Shown: in pieces, positions 56,655 through 64,000 of the stretch
Position numbering within the stretch: position 1 is the first letter of the stretch
How the letters are laid out: each line of letters starts with the position of its first letter
Made by a program: the position numbers and the translations under genes
Notes under the pieces: generated by a model
Told to the model about the DNA's origin: nothing
Seen by the model: only the letters and a program-made list of their open reading frames with translations
Database searches by the model: none
NCBI RefSeq assembly: GCF_009914755.1
Contig: NC_060929.1
Length of the DNA stretch: 64,000 nt
Origin: the human T2T-CHM13v2.0 reference genome, Homo sapiens
Reading direction: 5' to 3' (one strand)

Positions 56655-56950
56655 TGACCCCCTGGGGCTGCCATGACAAAAAACTCCACAGCCTGGGGGC
56701 TCACACAGAAGCCTTCAGTTCTAACGGTTCCGGTGTCCCGAGGCCAAGGCCTGGCCGACTCTGTGTCTGGTGAGGGCCGCTTCGGGGTTGCAGACAGTTC
56801 TCTCCCTGTATCTCCCCACGCTAGGGGCTGGGGAGAGCTCTCCGGGGTCTGTTTTATGAGGGCACTGGTCCCATTCCTCAGGGTGGAGCCCTCCTGGCCT
56901 GACCACCTGAAGGCCTCCTGACACCACCTCCCATCAGGGGTGGGACTTCA
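56655..56950 (-). mobile_element. MLT1-like LTR fragment at the upstream edge of the CpG island
   Basis: ggctgccatgacaaaa...tgtctggtgagggccgctt...ctctccggggtctgttttatgagggcactggtcccatt resembles antisense MLT1. Confidence 0.65.
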
Positions 56951-57217
56951 TCGCCAGGGAGGTGAGGGGACTTCAGGAGAGGGGGATGTGCCACCTCGAA
57001 GCTGTAGTGTGTCAGTGGCTGCCACAGAAGGGATCTCTCTACCCCTATTATCTCCATGGCACAGGTTTCAATAAAAAGGAGTGAGCCAGGGCTTGGCCCC
57101 AGAGCAGCAGGGTTGAGGAAACAGTCTCCCAAGGAAAAGACTTTGCAGGTGACTAAGGGAGGCTGTTAAATAAAACACACAGAGAGAATGGATGTTCAGG
57201 TATATTAAAAATACACA

Positions 57218-57495
57218 GGCCAGGAGTGAGGGCTCACGCTTGTAATCCCAGCACTCTGGGAGGCCGAGGAAGGAGGATCTCTTGAGGCCAGGAGTTTGAG
57301 ACCAGCCTGGGCCACATGGCAAAACCCTGACTTTGAAAAAAAAAATTAGCCAGGCATGGTGGCCCACACCTGTAGTCCCAGCTACTGGGGAGGCAGAGGT
57401 GGGAGAATAGCTTGAAGCTGGGAGGTGGAGGTTGTAGTGAGCTGAGATTGCGCCATGGGCCACAGGATGAGACCCTGTCTCGAAACAAAACAACA
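57218..57495 (+). mobile_element. AluJ(b-like)
   Basis: Dimeric Alu with a small right-arm deletion. Confidence 0.9.
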
Positions 57496-58669
57496 CACAG
57501 GCAAACAGCGTTTGGGAAGGGATTGCAAGCGCTGCAGGAGCGCAGAATTGTGACCCAAAGCTAACAGGGTATAGGCAGGAAGGTGCAGGGACTAGAGGTC
57601 ACACAGATCCAGGCAGCCACATCCTTACTGACCAGTAGCACACAGAGAATGCACCTGCCACACTCAGGAGGGGCCACTGAGTGATCACACGCATGTAACC
57701 TGCACTCTGTCAAGACAAAGAGCATTCCTCCACCCCTGCCTCAACCCCGACTTCCAACCACATGAATTAGGATAAAGGAGCTTTGGGTGCTCTAAGAACA
57801 AACTAACTGCGGGAGTTGGGCTCATGGATGACACAGAGAAAGCGCAGCTGCCAGACCCATGGGTCTCCATCCTCCCACAACAGGAATGCTCCGTGAACTG
57901 TGCAGGTAGAAGCAGTGTGGTTATGAGCTGATCAGACCTGATCAAACGGCCGACCTTTGCATGCTTGGAACTTTGCCCTAAATGCCAAGTCGGCTTTATT
58001 ATCATTGTGGTTGCTGCTATGGCTGCTGTGGGCTCAGGGCGTTGGGTGCAGGCAGGTGGAGCCCCCCTGCCTCTGCACTTCCTGCCCATGCTCGGTGCCT
58101 CTCCCCACTGGCTGGGACCGCAGCTGCAGAGCCCACAGGGAGCCCCTGGCCACTGACTGCTGTCTCCAAAGCAACCTTGCCCCACGGGTCCCCCCCTCCT
58201 TGGGTGCTGCCTCCTGGGAGGCCCTCAGTGCTGGATGTTGCGCCGTGTCTCGCCTGATTTGGAAGACAGCGTGGATGCTCCCCCCATGAGTGCTGTATCT
58301 GAGAGGGGACAAGGACAGTGGCAGTGAGATGACAGTCATTTACCTGCCTGCGTATTTACTATATTGAGGGTGTCCTGTGTGCTTTCAGAGGAAGTCCCAG
58401 GGAGCCCAGCTCAGACTTTAAAGACCCTGACCTCTCACTGGTGCTGGGAAGGCCCTGGGGGTAGGGGGCTTGGGGAGGGCAAGGGTGAGGGGACCAGTAG
58501 GCAGGAGTGGCTTTTGTCCAGGGGTGTGGGAGGTCAGATCCCAGACCTTGTCTGTCCAGGTTCTGAGAATGATGGAAGGCGCTGGCTCCAGGCAGGAGGC
58601 CCTGCTCACTGCTGCACCCCTGTGCCCTCCCCGGGGGCCACCTCAGGAGGAAGATAGTTTCCTCTCGCA

Positions 58670-60068
58670 TGGCAGGGACAGCAGTACACTTCCAATGTCT
58701 TCTCTCAGAGCTGTATCATTTTCCGGCTCACTGCTGGTTTTAGTCACAGACATCTTGATGGTCTTGCCACTGCACAGCATGTCACAGTGGTCTGCCACAC
58801 TGATGACATCAGGCTGAATCAACCTGGGGAGCAAAAAATGAAAAATGCCAAGATGCCTTGGTAAGACACGTGCTTGCTAAAAATTGAAAGAGAAAATAAC
58901 ACATTTTCAAAACCTGCCACCTTGGTGAACTTTCTGTGGGTCCATTGGTCTGATTGGTCAAAATATATATCCAAAATGAAAGAAAACACGCTGTCTCTGG
59001 CAAGCAAGACTACCACTAAGAAAGAAGTATCATACCTGGTGAGGCTCTTCCGATTTGCAAGGTGAGGTGCAAGACACTCGGGGATGCTTCTCTGGCCTGT
59101 TTTGTGTTCTTCATAAAGCGTTTGGTTTTGAGTAGGGCCCAGAGTAAGAAAGATTCTGCTGCTGGTCTGGATGGGCAAACTGCTGCCCCAGGAGGCCACA
59201 CAATCTGGTGTTGTTCTCCGACTTTAGCTGGCATCACAGTCACCTACATAAACCTTTACATGCATAGGAGGCACAGATCACCTCGCTCCATCCTTAGAGA
59301 CGCAGGTTCAGTAGGTCTGAGGTGGGACCTGAGGACCTGCGTTTCTAGAAAGTTCTCAGGTGACACTGACACTGCTGGCCCAGGAACCACACTTTGAGAA
59401 CACTGATCTGGCAGAACCAGTGGGAATTGGAGGGTCTGTGGCAGACGGAGATGTTGTAGGCAGCGCAGAAAATAACAGTTGAATAAGAGCTGAACGCTCT
59501 CCTGAAAATACGTCCTCTCCTTTTGAGTAAGAGCAGCCCTGAGCCATAGCAGAAACTCAGGGAGCTCTGTTACCATAGAAGCTGAGCGGCCCAGCAGAAG
59601 CTATTTGTTATCGGACCCACAGAGGTTGTGTAGACAGCATCCTGCCGTCCTCAGGTGGAATGTTTACGACACAAGGCTTGAGCAGGTCTGGAAGGCGCGG
59701 TAAGTTCCATGAACAAGCACCCACTCTTGCTGCATGGAGACCGCTTCCTTAACCCAGACCTCTGGCTACATGAGAGTTTCTTATGACATTGAACGGAGAA
59801 AATGCATGCGTTGGGGCCTGGATTACATGTGTCTATACACAGCACACTGCCCCCACCAGAAAGTGAAAGGCTGTGTCATCATGGCCTTCTGTGAAAGACC
59901 AGTGAAAGAAAGCTTCCCAGTGGGCACATATTCAAACCATGCATCAGGTTCATCATCTAGCCAAGGAGGGATGGCCAGAGGATGGCCCTAAATGTAGTCA
60001 TAGGCAGTGGCGAATGGTCTGGCTACAGAGCAGGAGGCTTCAAAAAAATTGAAATATTGATGACAAGA
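58670..60068 (+). mobile_element. ERVL-family internal pol (RT/RNase H) relic, interrupted by MER5A
   Basis: cacactgatgacatc (degenerate YIDDI), ttggtaagacac, gagcaggtctggaaggc..taagttccatga and gcagtggcgaatggtctggc resemble ERVL pol as I recall it. Many stops. Confidence 0.65.
59207..59405 (-). mobile_element. MER5A (hAT-Charlie MITE)
   Basis: Minus strand reads cagtgttctcaaagtgtggttcctgggccagcag...cagacctactgaa. Confidence 0.85.
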
Positions 60069-60084
60069 TTTTTCTTGGTAGATT

Positions 60085-60560
60085 TCATGTTTGTAGAAAA
60101 TCTTGAGGAATTTACAAAAAAAACTACTAGAATTTATAAATGAATTTAGCAAGGCCATGGGATCTGATGAAAACCAATTGTATTTCTATGTACTGGCAGC
60201 AAACAATTCTAAAATAAAACCTAAAATAATTTCACTTACAATAGCATCCGAAACAAAATGCTTGGGGATAAACCGTATCCGAGACTTGTGCACTGAAAAC
60301 CTAGAATCCATTGCTGTGAGAAACTTTTGAAAGTCTAGACAAGCAGAGGAGTGTGCATGTTTGTGACTGAAAGGCTCAATATTAATGAGATGTCAGTTCT
60401 TCATAAATTGACATACAGATTCAATGCAATCTCAATCAAAATTCTAACTTGCTTTTTTGAAGAAATTAACCAGCTGGTTCTAAAATGTGTTTGGAGATGT
60501 GGGTGACCTAGAGTAGCCAAAAGAATCTTGAAAAAGAACAACATTGGAGGACCTAGGAGA
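60085..60560 (+). mobile_element. L1M ORF2 fragment
   Basis: aaaactactagaatttataaatgaatttagcaagg; agattcaatgcaatctcaatcaaaatt. Confidence 0.8.
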
Positions 60561-60814
60561 TGCCTTTCATGATTCCACCATCCTAACAAAACTAATTGGA
60601 CTTTTTTTCTGTAATTATCTCGGCATTTGTGTCTTTTTAAAAACAGCCTTGCTGAGGTGTAATGGATATGCAATATTCCAAGTGTACGATTTGGTGAGTG
60701 ACTGATGGGGTCATGGCAACGCGATCACACAGAAGATGATGGCGGTGCTCCTCCCTCGCTGACTTCCCTCTGTCTGTGTCTCTTTACCTCTTCCCATCCC
60801 CAGGCAACCACTGA

Positions 60815-61108
<294 letters not shown>

Positions 61109-62209
61109 TGATTACAGAACAATGTGTTTTTAATAGAATTTTATATAAATAGAATTATACAGTAAGTACTGTTTTCTGGGTCTGTTCTTTTGCATTCAGC
61201 ATATTTGAGAAGAATCCACATCATTGCATCGGCAGTTAATTCCCTTTTAGTTATTTGTAGTATCCATTGTGTGGATATGGGATATGATGTACTTGGCTTT
61301 TCCATCTGCCTATTGATGGACATCTGGCTGTTACAAATAAAGCTACTATGAACATTTGTGTGCAAGTCTTTGAACATAGGCTCTCATTACTTTGGGGTAG
61401 GTAAGAAGTACTTAGTTGTGGAATGGCTGGGTCATTTGGTAGATATATGTTTAACTATTTTTTTAAAAACTGTTAAATTCTTTTGCAAAGTAGTTGTATC
61501 ATTTTATATTTCCATGAACAGTGTATGATAATTTTAGTTACTTCATATTCTAATGAATACTTAGTATGGTCAGTCTTTTAAATTTTAGACATCCTAATAT
61601 GTTTACAGTAATATCTCCTATACTGCTCTAACGAGCGTGATCTTTGAACAATTTCTCATGTGTTAGCTGCATCAGTGCCACTTCGTGTTAAGTGTCTGTT
61701 CAAATCTTTTGCACCTTTGGGTTGTTTAATTGAGCTTTGAGAGTTCTTTACTATTCTGGATACCAGTCCCTTATCAGATGGGTACTTTGCAAATATTTTT
61801 CCCAGTCTTGGACTGTCTTTTCATTCTCTTAATAGATTCTTTCAGAGAAGAGTTATTAATTTTGATGAAGTCTAATTTATCCATTTTTCTTTCACAAATC
61901 CTGCTTTTAGTGTTGTATTTAAGAAATCTTTACCAAATTCATGATCATCAAGATTTTCTCCTAAGTTTTCCTCTAAACTTTTTAAAATTATAGATTGCAT
62001 ATTTACACATAGAATGCATTTTTAAACTAGCTTGGTGTAAGATACCAATTGAAGTTCACCACTTTACCTCCGAAGAGCCAGTTGTTCAGTGTTCTGCTGA
62101 GTTGCTTTTGCACCTTTGTTGAAAAGTCAGTTGTATGTATGTGTGTGGGTTTATTTCTGGGCTCCCTGTTTTATGATCTGTTAATCCATTTTGATGCTAA
62201 TACCACACT

Positions 62210-62573
62210 TGCTGTGGACTGAATTGTTTACCCCCAAATTCATAGGTTAAAGCCATAACCCCCGCAAGGTGACTTTATCTGGAGATAGGGACTTTAGGAG
62301 GTGATTAGGTTAAATTAAATTGTAAGGGTGGGGTCATAACCCAGGAGGACTGTGGCCTTATAAGAAGAGGAAGCTCTCTCCATTTTACTTTCTGCCATGT
62401 GAAGATAGAGTAAGAAGGCGGCCATCTGCAAGCCAGGAAGAGAGGCCTCACCAGGAACTGAATCAGCTGCCTTGATGTTGGATTTCCAGTCTCCAGAACT
62501 GTGAGAAACAAATGTCTGCTGTTAAGCCCCCAAATCTGGTGTATTTTGTTGTGGCAGCCTGAGGAGATTAAAA
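62210..62573 (+). mobile_element. MLT1A-like solo LTR
   Basis: aagaaggcggccatctgcaagccaggaagagaggcctcacca...ttccagtctccagaactgtgagaaa. Confidence 0.88.
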
Positions 62574-64000
62574 TGGCACTATCTTCATTATGGTCCTTTT
62601 GTAATACATTTTTAAATCAGGTAATGTAAGTCAGACAACTTTGTTCATTTTCAAAGTTGTTTTGCATATTCTCGGTCCTGTGCTTTTTCATATGAATTTT
62701 GGAATCAACTTTTCAATTTCTTCCAAAGTCCCGCATGGGATTTCTTCGGGTGGAGGCTGCCATCAATTTTTCATCATTATTCCTTTCTGAGGCAGGCTTC
62801 ATGTCTAGATTTTCTTCTAAGTTCTGATTTAGCCAAATTCCAAAAGGTTTGATATGTTGTTTTGTTTTCATTCAGTTCAAAATATTTTCTGATTTCCCTT
62901 TTGATGTCCTCTTTGACCCATTGTTATTTAGATATGTGATTAGTTTCCAAATATTAGAAGATTGTCTGGATATGCTTCTTTATTTTTTGCCAAATGTATT
63001 TTTCATTTTGGTATCAAATTTATTTGCCTCTTTGTTGGAGAACTTGCTTTACATGACCTGAATCCCTAAAGGGAATTTTATGGTCTGGACTGTGGTCGAT
63101 CTTGGTAAGCTTTTCACATGCATTTGAAAAGAATGTGCACTCTGCTATTATTGGATGAATTATTGTATAAATATCAAATAGGTCATGTTAGTTAGTACTG
63201 TTTTTGAAGTCTTCTGTATCCTTAAAAGTTTCTGTGTATCTGTTCTATCAACTATTGGGAAAGAGGTATTGAAATCTCCAAGTATAATTGTGTGAACTGC
63301 TCTATGTCTCCTTGCAGTTCTATCAGTTTTTGCCGAATTCATTATGAAGCTATGTTATTAGGTACATAAACATTTGTCCTTTTGGTGAACTGATGCTATC
63401 ATAAAATGACATTGTTTAGACATGATCTGTTTTGAGGATTCCTATGGCTTGCATATTAGGTGGCTTGAAGTCCCACAGTTCTCTGATGCTTGGTTCATTT
63501 TTTTGTCTTTTTTCTTTATTTCATTTTGAACAGTTTGCACTGCCATCTATGTCTTCAAGTTCATGTATCCTTTTCTTCTGAGATGTTGAATCCACCCCTC
63601 CTCTCAACCAGTGCATTTTGCCTCTGAGACATTGTGGTTTTCATCTCTAGAATTTGGATTCGTGTCTTTTAAAAAATATCTGTCATGTCTCTATTAAACA
63701 TATTCAGTCTCGCCTTTGGCTAGCTCTTGGAATGAGGTAACAGTTATGATTGTCAATGCCTCTCTAATTCTATCATTTGAGTCATCTCTGGGTCTGTTTC
63801 TATTGACTGTAGGTCACATTTTCCCACCTTTTTGCATTGTGCTAATTTCCAGTGGATGCCCAGCATTGTGAATTTAACCCTGTTGGTTTGTGGATAACAC
63901 TGTACTAATGTGAATATTCTGGAAGTTTGTCTTTGGCCACTGGTAAGGTCCCTGTTGTAGTTTGGTCATTCTTTCAGGTTTTGCTTTTAAGCTCTGCCCA

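Overview
Human genomic DNA containing the complete dopamine transporter gene SLC6A3 (DAT1) on the minus strand. It has a non-coding exon 1 at about 55313-55393 in a CpG-island promoter, 14 coding exons (ATG at 53162, TAG at 3113-3115; spliced CDS 1863 nt = 620 aa, all introns GT-AG) and a ~1.9 kb 3'UTR ending near 1170. The gene is very rich in tandem repeats: the 3'UTR 40-bp VNTR (10 units), intron 8 30-bp VNTR (6 units), a ~45-copy 38-bp G-rich intron 8 minisatellite, intron 3 66/63-bp and intron 4 36/38-bp VNTRs, and several smaller arrays. Alu, L1, MLT1, MER5A and ERVL relics are also present. Nearly all six-frame ORFs are artefacts of GC-rich or repetitive DNA. I found no new gene system. 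The best new-looking signals are: (1) a ~91-bp non-Alu inverted repeat that brackets exon 7, with one arm inserted into a minisatellite; (2) RBFOX-type (U)GCAUG motifs built into each unit of both classical DAT1 VNTRs; (3) a proximal AATAAA that would remove the 3'UTR VNTR from the mRNA; (4) several short locally templated insertions, including one inside an AluS. All functional interpretations are hypotheses.
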